Shown in pieces: positions 12,301-20,950 of a stretch of 64,000 nt of DNA. A model generated the notes under the pieces. That model was not told where the DNA came from and made no database searches. It saw nothing but the letters and a program-made list of their open reading frames with translations. The stretch's first letter is position 1, and every line of letters starts with the position of its first letter. This DNA comes from Monocercomonoides exilis PA203 (taxonomy: Eukaryota > Protista > Preaxostyla): NCBI GenBank assembly GCA_001643675.2, contig LSRY02000020.1, positions 806,001-870,000 on the forward strand. The letters are read 5' to 3'. Position numbers and translations under genes: made by a program.

Positions 12301-15193
12301 TGCTTCTGCTTCGTCGTCATCTTTCTATTCAATTGTGTCGCGATATCCTTCTACACGTGCCAATCTCATCTGTTCAGATGGAGCTCTTTTACAGCTGCAT
12401 AACAACTCTGATCTTTCTGATCCAAACAAAGTTTCAGAGAAAAGCAACTTGCAAAACAACTTGTGGATGACTGTTGATGGGTGTGTTGTTCAAAATGCAG
12501 CGGACGGACAAGAATCGATAAATTTCATTCCTTCTGTTCGCAAAATTGAAGTTGTTAATAAAGTTATCTTATTGATTGGAGAAGAATACGATTTTTATTT
12601 AAATTTTACTAACAGAACCATCCCAAACGAGAATCAGCGTATTGAGATAGAAAAACATGCACAGCACGAACATTCATCTAGAATTTACAAGTCTTTTAAT
12701 GAAGGTTATTCCAATAATTCGGTTTCTGATGAATTTTATTATCTCGTGTTCAGAGGCGCCAATCTTCTCCCGTGCAATATTTCATTTGATGTAGTTTTCA
12801 CAGTACCGAAGGAAGTAAATAACTCAAAAGAGTCAGATGATTTAAATGAATCCAAGAAAAATATTAATACTTACAGCAAAGACTCAAATGGGATGAATGA
12901 ATACAAGGAGAATTCTGAACATTCAAGAAAAATGAGTCGACAATCCACAACTGCTGAAGGCGAAAATCTTGAGATGGAAATACACAAAACTGAATATCAG
13001 TTCGAATTGTTTGTGAATGAAGGCGTTGCTATTGCGAAAATAGAGAAGCAAGTTTTGGACGGTGCAATACGAGAAGAGGAGGTGTCAGTTGTTGTGAAAT
13101 ATTGGACAGGGCAAATAGAAGCAAAAGAAACAGAAGTAGAGGCAGAAGAAGAAGAAGAAAGAAATGCTGAGAGCCATTCAGGTTCTCGTTTCTTTGTAAA
13201 TACAAAGAGTTTGACTAGAAATTCTCTGTCTTCAAGTAACTCATTTGCACCAATTGTGCATACGCTTAGTCCAATTGTCCTGAAGAATGCAACACTGACT
13301 CCTCTTCCAATTGAAGAAACTGTCGAAGCAAAGCCTTTGTCTTCAACGACAATTGCGTTGATTTCTGTGTCTTCTCTTCTTCTTTTGATCGTCTGTGCCA
13401 CTTTGCTAACGTGGTTGATTTGCTTTGTTGTGAAATTCTACAAGAAAAAGAAAAAAGAAGAAGCACAACAAAAGAAGGCGGAAAGAATAATTGAACAGGT
13501 CATTCGAATTGAGGAAGACAAAAGGCTGCTGGAGGGTGACGAAGAGTTTGAGTTTGTGGAGGAAGAAGAGAATGAGGAAAAAGAGAAGATTGAAAAGCAA
13601 ATACAAACAGGCGATCACGTTTATGATGAATATGATCCTCTCGAATGCAACGAAAAAAGAATGAAAGAATATCATTTCGTGGAAGATGAAGCAAATGGTG
13701 CTGGAGTGCTTATTGCTGAGGTTGAAAAAGAAGAAAAAGCGCAAAACGAGTCTTGCAATATGCATTCAATAAGCTTTCCGGACAAATATATATTTGCAAA
13801 TCCTGATCAATCTCCAAATGAAATGAATGAGAAGAAAGAAGAGAAAGAGACGGAAGAAGATAAGAATGGCAGGAGTTGTGAACGAAAAAAAATTGAAAAT
13901 GATGAAAATCCAATTTTCAGTCAAATGAATGCTTCAAGCAGAATTAACCAGAGAGCTCAGAGCAAAGATGAGGAGAAAAGAGAGAACAGCACAACGCCTG
14001 ATGTTTTGCCTGTGAGAGAAGCAAACGCCACATTCTGTGCAAGTGAGTATGAAACAATAAGAGAAAACACAAAGGAAGAAGAAGAAGAAGAAGAAGAAGA
14101 AGAAGAAGAAATCGAGGAAGAAGCGAAAAGAAAGAACGATGTTAAAAATGGAAAAGGCAAACGTCAATGTACCGATTTGAATGATGTTGCAATTGGCGAC
14201 GAAAGAAAGAAAGTTGTTATTGTTTCAGTTGATAATGAAACCAACAACATAAGAGTTCAGAAAGATGCAAGAGAAGAAAGAAGAGATGATGAATCACCAT
14301 CGTCTTCTGAAATCTCTTTCTCTTCATCTTCATCTTCATCTTCAATAATGAGCACACATTCAAGAATAAACAATAACTCAACCAATGACGAAGTTCCTAA
14401 AGGAATTGATTCGTCAACATCGTCTACAGGCAATTCTCCTGTTCTGTTCACCACCAACGTTGTTGATGCATCGGTTTCCCCGATCCCTCCACCTCAGCCT
14501 CCTTCATTCCAGCAGATAAAACCATTGCTTATGGAGATCAAGCAAATGAAGGAAGCTGAAGAGAAAGACGTTAAGCAGCATAGAATTCTGGAAGAAGAAG
14601 AGAGAAAAGCCAAAATGAGAGAAACAGTTGAAATTATGAAGGAAAAAGCTTTTAGAGAGAAATTGGAGAAGTTTATACAGACAAAAAAAGAGCAGCTTAG
14701 TAAAAAGAAAGAAGAGGAGAAAAAGAAAAAGAAAAACAAGCGAATGAATAAGAAATGTGAGAAGATTGATTGGGACAAATGGATCGATGAAATTGTCGGG
14801 ATGGATTTAGCGTACATTCAAGATCAGCCAGAAAATTGTTCAGAAGAAAGCACATCAGCGAATAGCAATGAAATGAACGATGATTCAGCCAAAGTTGTGC
14901 TAAGCATGCAAACAGAACAGTTTTCTTCTGAAGGCAACTGGCTGAATGACATTCTTGGCATGGCAGAAGCGTCTTATTTGCTTTCTCGTGAAGAACATGC
15001 AAGTGAAAATGAGCTTGGAAAGCTAGACAATAGAACTGTTGCTGGAACAAATGAAGAAGTGAAACCATTTCTCACCCAAAGCCATGTCCGTGAAGATGAG
15101 AATGAAGCTGACATCAAAGTTGCTCAAAAAATGGAATCGCAAATAGAAATTATTGAGAGCTGGCTGAAAGGAGTCGTTGGGATGGATGGGTGA
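6350..15193 (+). CDS. Giant type-I membrane surface protein (2947 aa) with four CGxxxxPC / GxGGA beta-helix-like modules, one TM and an acidic low-complexity cytoplasmic tail with no kinase
   Basis: Single 8.8-kb ORF with a hydrophobic N-terminus. Modules ACGSLSLPC, KCGFQDYPC, ACGFPMLQC, LCGSRTTPC plus GNGGAI/GKGGAV/GRGGGV and N.A..G.(N/D)LF motifs. TM IALISVSSLLLLIVCATLLTWLICFVV is followed by KKKKK (~13350-13455). Confidence 0.85.
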   Translation: MARKRQNSVGFTLICLIHICNLIMENDCYQAKLNTFNISKKNKSYMLNEALATYYTNVNGTNEEACGSLSLPCKSISFLLGKINDYSNLQTIILSEGLFPESTIQVLNVQLCVNGSTILPSIIQTYKNEGDSSLFLVTGGSLHLNHVNVVHFMVKNICDYSIIQIGNANCNLYLFNSTFSSDCFGNEENEENNMMHNKGNDESIFQKCQFTIGGIANLTCCQFRDFRVGSTSFITIQATGEGYIRDVNFTHIQSTSGSYGAVLRATPTAGKKVVIVDTHCSDCSLKSTVGGAFSFQLSPDGELYMGADSSSTDTNIVHNEVEHSFTQNRNHNEASGECSEEGETVQFANCKAGEKVEFMGQVFYTGGNGGAIHLEMVERSNLFQFKNLQFQDCHAQFGNNIFVEALNFSDVINSTTFGFCVDLSSLDDYCGYEARVKTSRPLVAFLREFTATQRAEISANGDDYYKCGFQDYPCRTVPGAALARFNEADRRKRWLLLQRDFEFSDQLTLDTDSYDFKGNSYEEVHNIYLNSNPASSPAMVVMSVSVAIADLFLSISNSSLSTFHSVFLTKGSNTVFSMQHCIWQMTFETELEHSVIKSENSSVSLCDVVVLNKIAFGSGCFFQADGIECNVIINGSAASGLSRENGNGTLLEVIGDGDRSEDEHEDEIRNGRIVRNQLDATENEEQDFYNNVGGNSTSSLSIAEISYSDNQSFHSSLLETNVLRKRAYLPHLSKQSSTIETHVTLENITVSLSSVTSDLSTGGAIFIRQESQMVVSFSSCSFSQCSAPVMPASFGKGGAVFLQKLSADTLFLFDENVDFGHTNTAEAGKNLFITSPNLTVSIKPERLAFFDTTAFDSEPGGWEANLDEQELQGYDEEVGLLLIPLSYFILDVCEVVYTNSTCGVDIGACGFPMLQCNTMGFAFDRQKRGVQHVVAVDGMAEHHGECIMDDVYTQSTEFDQCYSAESNTVACLSAFSYVVRSELASTSSHYSNIHIDDSKKRHSHGQIRNDDYYINADNEKDNLASITIVDNGTEIPMLIQIKSSSLFQSVILFCPSTLNFHTTLAAVENRALLVMDGCSVTKMHYTRLFEYFLISVSDDASLMLLNFAAVGLSFKGSYCFIDANGNRGSSRHFGSNALLQQEELSIFNSEGRAQDMIKNDAFSANQQKNSESSQSFVSIKGLTLNECFTESAEAFAIVSECASFALTESVLANCCSTESPLFSIRNVRSIKINCVTTQSLEMQRGSGAMMQLVTGGEGITFDDRDKCDITNISVSHLGMNASSSKAEGGWMKITIEKKGTVLFENCSASSCAAVSSSSGFKGRGGGVYLFLSAEADRNYQFRNMVFLNNSADIGRDLFVSAPDLPVYIDQNKFDWNLFPSAYQHDDALWGTTRPVPTDRQDGDYLDLFELLNYHSERVYLDCEEGEDDVILCGSRTTPCSSINGGAVHRREEYPSNKQRNRGNAHVKQLNNLRKITGHRNQVDESQNEKLNKDGLNKSKSLQLNANSALPPVKLVVMHHSRIIASQSVNRLELTSDTKENAIVDVLPSQSQASVSNSIDRKEEQSQNKRKVQNDLNGLLFIDSLHFIVSSICFVMLYSIPFESFIISQGELVSLSSVVFSFPLSNSNAVNNLLGSSSTSLNDVSFSSHLIKMLSGSLSMEYLTFSFSASSSSLASSQFSYFAFSVTPFVFASDANLTIHDCTFTNVTIEDGSFLSFSPSSIGHQSNSDSAFHCLSQTTQSSVGLDSVSFFNVTTTDGYSPSISSFSQSTHTLHFSNCTFHCCDCSSIETLTSNLFTLKNGKRERERSMQNSSSSPSSPSSSSSFSSADLSEVNQLGQVLLLDSANAIFDYCLFKGGVNVDSESSNRLSSFIASSSSYSSHSSHSTSTALNSHRLSSQTLTPELNSHSFCSWNTSLIHLSSASAHFKECFFYRSACPPLSASGGELDLNSCFFKDNIPLSNYNKLQESDLSSSSFSSSSSSDSDSASASSSSFYSIVSRYPSTRANLICSDGALLQLHNNSDLSDPNKVSEKSNLQNNLWMTVDGCVVQNAADGQESINFIPSVRKIEVVNKVILLIGEEYDFYLNFTNRTIPNENQRIEIEKHAQHEHSSRIYKSFNEGYSNNSVSDEFYYLVFRGANLLPCNISFDVVFTVPKEVNNSKESDDLNESKKNINTYSKDSNGMNEYKENSEHSRKMSRQSTTAEGENLEMEIHKTEYQFELFVNEGVAIAKIEKQVLDGAIREEEVSVVVKYWTGQIEAKETEVEAEEEEERNAESHSGSRFFVNTKSLTRNSLSSSNSFAPIVHTLSPIVLKNATLTPLPIEETVEAKPLSSTTIALISVSSLLLLIVCATLLTWLICFVVKFYKKKKKEEAQQKKAERIIEQVIRIEEDKRLLEGDEEFEFVEEEENEEKEKIEKQIQTGDHVYDEYDPLECNEKRMKEYHFVEDEANGAGVLIAEVEKEEKAQNESCNMHSISFPDKYIFANPDQSPNEMNEKKEEKETEEDKNGRSCERKKIENDENPIFSQMNASSRINQRAQSKDEEKRENSTTPDVLPVREANATFCASEYETIRENTKEEEEEEEEEEEEIEEEAKRKNDVKNGKGKRQCTDLNDVAIGDERKKVVIVSVDNETNNIRVQKDAREERRDDESPSSSEISFSSSSSSSSIMSTHSRINNNSTNDEVPKGIDSSTSSTGNSPVLFTTNVVDASVSPIPPPQPPSFQQIKPLLMEIKQMKEAEEKDVKQHRILEEEERKAKMRETVEIMKEKAFREKLEKFIQTKKEQLSKKKEEEKKKKKNKRMNKKCEKIDWDKWIDEIVGMDLAYIQDQPENCSEESTSANSNEMNDDSAKVVLSMQTEQFSSEGNWLNDILGMAEASYLLSREEHASENELGKLDNRTVAGTNEEVKPFLTQSHVREDENEADIKVAQKMESQIEIIESWLKGVVGMDG

Positions 15194-15855
15194 CTTATGT
15201 AGCAGTTTAAGTAATTCATTATTTATTTATTTAATATCCAAGTTTAAAACCTGCAGTACCCTGATGTTTTATAAAAGAGTTTTGAGTTATGTATCAAAAC
15301 GAGGGGTTGAATTTTAATTAATGTTCTAATAAAAAAGTGTTTAGAATTTATTGATATTTTTTATGTGTCAAATGAAGAATCATTTCGCTATGCTTTTATT
15401 TGATATTATTCTTATCTTTATTTCACAATCTAGGTGAATGGAATTTTCGTTTCGGAGAAATTTTATTTCTATTAACATTTATGTAAATGAAGAGGATATT
15501 AATTGTTAAAAGAGAAAAGATGAATTCTTTTTAAGTTTTATATGTCTGAGTATTTTCTTATCGTTTTAATTTTCATTTCTTTTTATGTTAGAGAAATTCG
15601 AAAAAGTATTCTTCTTATCATTGAATTTTTTAAGTTTATGAATAATTTTCAGTTCTTCGCTTACACGTGGTCAGATGATATCGTTTTCATTTTCAAAAAA
15701 AGATGAAAAACAATATAGTGTTGTATTCATCTCATTAAATATGAGACTAAAAAAATCGTTAAAAAAAAGCCATAAGTGAAAAAAAATAAAACCAGATAAT
15801 TCAAAAAGCTTTGAAAGTTTCACAAGTGAAATGTTTCGTGATAAAAGTGTTTGAC

Positions 15856-17003
15856 TTAGTAGTCGTCATATTCATCCCCTCCAAACTCGTTTCCTCCTGT
15901 TCCCTGTGACTCAAAAGCAGCAACAGTTTGCTCCAGCATATCCAACAGCTTCTTCTCTGTTGCTTCTCTTTCAGCTTTGCCCTCTTGAATCGCTTGTTGA
16001 AATGCTTCTATCATTTTTGTATGTCGGCTTGCCAATGCAGCTCGTGCTTGTTCTTTGGCCTTTGTTTCAAATAATAAGTCAAATTCAGATTTAACAATGA
16101 AAAAATTATTTCATAAAATTAAATAGAAGCAAACCTTCCTTTCTTCATCAAGTTGTGCACGCAAATTATCGAGCTCTCTTCGATGCTTTGCGAGAACTGC
16201 TTCTCCTGTAGAATAATAAATTTGTATCCGGATAAACTTTCAAAAGAATGTGAATATTTTCAAATTTCAAACCTGACTCTTTTCTCTGTTTTGCATCATC
16301 ATCAAGAAATTGAGTAACTTTATCCATTTGTGCATGAATAACTGCAGTATCTAATTTTGAAGGATCTTTTAATGCTTGTTCCTCTTTTGTCACATCATTC
16401 CTGAAAAGAAAAATTATTCTTCATTTCAAAAATAAATAAAACCTTATTGCAGCTAATTGTGTTGTAAATTTCGCTTCAAGTGCTTTTTCACGTTGTATTC
16501 TTGATCTTCGTTCATTGTCGAATTCTCTTTGTAACGATTGAGTTGTTTGTTTCAATTCTTTTTCCTTTTTCTCAGAAAGTTGTTTTTGAATAGCTTTTAA
16601 CAATTATGCAAAAGAATTTCGATTTAAAATATATCAGGGAAGGTAAATTGATTATAAAGCAACATTTTTAATGTAAAATTTCAAGCATACGCTTCAAGGA
16701 TTTTAAAAGGTCGCGAACATCATTTAAATCATTTTGAATATCTTGAAGTTGTTCTTCTTGTTCTTGTTCTGATTTTTCAATGTTTTCACGAAGTTCAGCT
16801 ATCTGAAGTTCAATGCTTTCAGATGATCCACTTCTGTCAGTAAGCCTTGGTGAAGCAAATCTATCAAATCTGCCACTGGTGTCCAAGCTTCTTCTTGTCG
16901 AACTCATTCCGCTGCCTGGTGTACCAAAAGAAGTTCCTGTTTGCCTACTAAAGCCTGGTGTTCCAGATGAAGCAAAAGAAGACGAAGGTCCTGGAGAACT
17001 CAT
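15856..17003 (-). CDS. SF-assemblin / beta-giardin-like striated-fibre coiled-coil protein, 5 exons
   Basis: S/P/G-rich head followed by a continuous coiled coil. The spliced C-terminus EGKAEREATEKKLLDMLEQTV resembles the SF-assemblin ERExTEExLLxLLE end. Four GT-AG introns give an open frame to TAA at 15858-15856. Confidence 0.6.
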
Positions 17004-17032
17004 TAGTTAGATCGAACTAGACCATTATTTAT

Positions 17033-18534
17033 ATGGACTCAACTCTTTTTGCTCCAGGCGAGGTTATTACCGCCAGCAAAGATTTTATCATGTTTCGTAC
17101 TTGTTTATATTTTCCTGAAATTTAACTTATGTTTTATTAGAGGGCATGGAGTGCATACTGAAGAAGGAAAAGCTGTGTCATCTGTTCTTGGGAAAGCAGA
17201 ATTAGTTGATCGATTATTGACAGTAGTACCAGTAAAATCAAGGTAACTTTTGCAATAGAGTTAAATATTTATTGAAATATTTATTTATTTAAAAGATATC
17301 GAGGAGAAGTCGGTGATGTAGTTGTTGGAAGGGTGGTTGAAGTTTGTTTTTCATTTTTTCATCGAAAATGGATTTCATCTTTTCATGGCTTTGATATTTG
17401 TCGAATCACTTCGATTTTTTTAAAGATTTTCCAAAAGCAATGGAGGATTGATGTTGGAAGTCGTGTTCATGCTGCACTTCTTCTTTCGGCTGTAAATCTT
17501 CCTGGAGGCGTTCTTCGTCGAAAAGATGAAACAGATGAGTTGAACATGAGAGCATTTTTACAAGAAGGAGATTTGATAAGCGTTTGCAAAAAGTTTTCAT
17601 ATCAACCTTTAAAAAATTGTTTTTTAGGCTGAAGTTCAAAAAATACATAACGATGGTTCTTTAGCTCTTCATTCTCGCAATTTACAATACGGAAGAGTAT
17701 GGTTGATATTTTTTGAGACCAACGATACAATTTAAATATTTTGCAAATTTTTTAAACAAAAGTTGGAAAATGGTTTTCTAATAAAAGTATCTGCATCTCT
17801 GATAAAACGTTCAAAAAAGGTATGCTTCTGAAACATTTAAAGTATTTGAGTTCACTTAATGTGCATTCATTCTGTATTTAAAGCATTTTCACACATTTCC
17901 GTGTGGAGTGAAATGCGTTCTTGGAATGAATGGATGGATTTGGCTTGAAGGGGATGAAGGAGCATCTGAAACAAAGGAACAGAAGGAGAAATCGATTGAA
18001 GAATATAAAGTGTGAAGCAATTCTTTTTTTTATAATTTGCAATTCTTCTTATATATTTGAAATCTTAATGTTTTGTTAGGGTACTACCATTCTTCCAGAA
18101 CAAGCTTCAGCAGTTGCAGCTGCTTCTTCTGCTTATTCATTTCCCGTTATCAGCCCATCAACACGAGAAAATCTTGCTCGAATGAGAAATGTAATATCTG
18201 CAATGTACTTAGTGTTTCATCCAATATATCCTGATGCAATGCAGGTTTATTATTTATATTTTTACAATTTCAAACAAATTTAATGTTTTATATTTCCTTT
18301 GTACTTTTGTGAAAATTAAATTTAATGATGATTTTAATTACAATGCGGTTAATTTCTCAATGTCAGTCTGTATATGACATTTCTCTAACAATATTTGAAT
18401 CTCCATCTGCTCTTCTTATTGAAGAGAATGCGCGCCATCTTATGGATCTTTACATTCAGTTAGAAGAGGAGAAAGAAAAGGAGAAAGAGAAAGAAATGAA
18501 AAGAAAATTAGAATTGCAGCAGCAACAGCCATAA
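17033..18534 (+). CDS. RRP4: Exosome complex component RRP4 (EXOSC2), 9 exons
   Basis: Spliced product contains PGEVIT...GHG, SRYRGEVGDVVVGRV, WRIDV, LLLSAVNLPGGVLRRK...DELNMR.FL.EGDLISAEVQ, LHSRNLQYGRLENG, HFH and LGMNGWIW. Confidence 0.95.
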
Positions 18535-19522
18535 ACATGATCATTTTTGATGGCTATTGAAAATTATATTCACTTCGCTTTCACTTCATCTGTTGCACAC
18601 ATATTTTTTTGTTGAAAAACACATCAACTATATGATTTCTCAATCATTAATGTATTTACAAAGAATTATCTTTTTCTAAATGTTGTAAGAAAATATGAGG
18701 TGTGTCAAAACGATGTTCATTTTGAACTGAGCTTTTCTATGAATTCTTCAAATGGAATCAAAACCTTTTTTTTTCGAAAGAAAAACCTAAATAGAGAATA
18801 AACAATTTTTTGTCTTTTGGATTTAACAAAAATGAAATTCTAATGAACCGTCAAACAAAAAATGAAACCATCTGTGTTCTTTTATTTTTTTAATATAGTT
18901 CCTTTCTTAAAATATTTCAAATTTCATTGGTAAATAATTGCTCTCATTTCTTGTTTTTTTCATTATTCGTCCACTATTCGATGATTCAATTGTAAAGTGA
19001 TAAAAATGAATGTATATAATCAGTTGCAACTTTTGACATCAATGAAACATTGTTGGTTTTTTATTATTGGAAGAATAACTATTTGGCAAATTTTAAGACA
19101 TGATAGAAACATGAAATATCGAAATCGTGATTATTCACAGAAAAAAGATCATTTGAAGTTTTATAATTTGAACAAAACAAATAAAATGACTTTCTTTGTT
19201 GCAGGCTGTTTCTTTTCACAATTTTTTTCTCTGATTTCATTATTCAACTTAATTAAAAATGAGTAAAATTCAGCATATGTGTTATTCTGTTTGAAAAATT
19301 GCAACAGTTCAATTGATATGATAATAAAAATTATCATTTCTTTATCAAATATTTGTTCCCGCTCACGAATCCACACAATAATGTGTGTGATATCATTAAC
19401 AAGAAATTGTTTCCATATTTGTGAAGATTCAAAAGTGTAAACAGATTGTTGATCGAAATAAAATGTTTAAAATAATTTTGAAAATTAAACCAAAGGATTT
19501 ACATGTCAAAAAATCTTCCATC

Positions 19523-19781
19523 TGGGTGATTATTTTTGATATCAAATTTTTTTCTTTCAAAAATTTCGGTTCGAAAATTTTCCTTGAATATCAACAAAAG
19601 AACACTGAAAAAGGAAAAAACTTATTTAAGAAATCATCATCTTCATTTGAGAAAAAACACAAATTACAAACACAGTCGTTATGAATTGTGCATTTGAAAA
19701 CAAATATTTTTTTCCAAAAATCAACAAGTTTCAAAAAATATCCACACCGAAAAAAGTTATGTTTTCAAAAATAATCACCCA
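19523..19781. mobile_element. Putative MITE-like element, copy 1 (259 bp, 17-bp perfect inverted ends TGGGTGATTATTTTTGA)
   Basis: Perfect inverted repeat 19523-19539 / 19765-19781, flanked by TC...TC. Homologous to copies at 34783-35040 and ~35538-35808. Confidence 0.55.
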
Positions 19782-20950
19782 TCTGAAAACAACTTTTCAA
19801 ATATTCTTTTAAAAATAATAGCTTATCAATAGAAAAAAGAGTCCTTTTTTAGGAATATCCACAGTAATGTTTATTCGTTGAATATTGCTACAACGATTTC
19901 ATTTGCAGATGTTTTTGATTCCTTGAAGAAATTGTTGATCAAAGATTGCAACTATCAACATTCAAATTATAAGCTTTCATTTGATTTGTCTCTGATGAAA
20001 AGAAAAAATGGGATAATTTTTAAAAATTTGCAAGTCTTATTGTTTTTCATTTTAATTTTATTATTTGGGTTTCAATCGTATTTATTCCATTCAATAAAAA
20101 TGGGACAAAAATTTTCACTTTTTGAAATTTATATCACAATATATGAAGAAGACTTTTTTTAAATTTAAAGCATTTTCTGTATTTTTTTGCATTGTCATGG
20201 AAAACTTATAAAAATAATTTAGCAGAATAGGTTTTGAGCAAATCTCAGTTTTTTTTCTTATTTGCTTAAAATTTGCTCCAAATGGAAAAACTTAATATAT
20301 GTATATCACATGATTATTTTTCTTCAATATTTTTGAAATGAATATTTAGATTAAAAATAACAAATGAAAACGCTGTCTTAAACAAGAAAAACTTTATGAA
20401 ACAAAAAAAATCTGAATGCATTATATTATGTTTGATTAAATATCTATAAAGAGGAATGGAGATCACATTTGAAAAGAAAGAAATGAATACGGTTGTTAGT
20501 TTGAAACTCAAAGCATAAAATTTAAATTGTAATACATTTTCCAACTCAAAAACATTCACATAAAAAGAAAAAAAATTTTTTTAAAAATAGGGTGATGAAT
20601 AAATTAAGAATGAATATAAAACAAAAATGAAAACATTGAAACATCAAAAAAGGATAATAATATCAAAAAAGTCACAAATAATATTAAGCATTTAAATATA
20701 AATACAACAATTTTTATAAGTCTTTGGAAAAATAAAACGTTGTTATGATAATTTAATTAATAAAAAAACAAAACAATCAAAGACTTCCATCCTGATTTTT
20801 AGAATGGTGGAAATATTCTTTCTATCATAGGAACTACAAAGACAAAAACACACCATACCATAATTTACCAATAAAAATTCATTGAAAAATAGTTGCATCT
20901 TTTTCAGCAAAAAATTTCTCATTTATTACAGATTAATTATCATACCAAAA

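Noticed and set aside
18997-20559. Short ORFs in AT-rich intergenic DNA (also 2654-2863, 33885-35985, 42919-43182, 49066-49362)
   Set aside because: F/I/K/N-rich, mostly non-ATG starts, no motifs. Expected by chance or produced by microsatellites.
20590-20860. Possible fourth inverted-repeat element starting GGGTGATGAAT
   Set aside because: Only ~7 bp match and there is no convincing partner end ~260 bp away.
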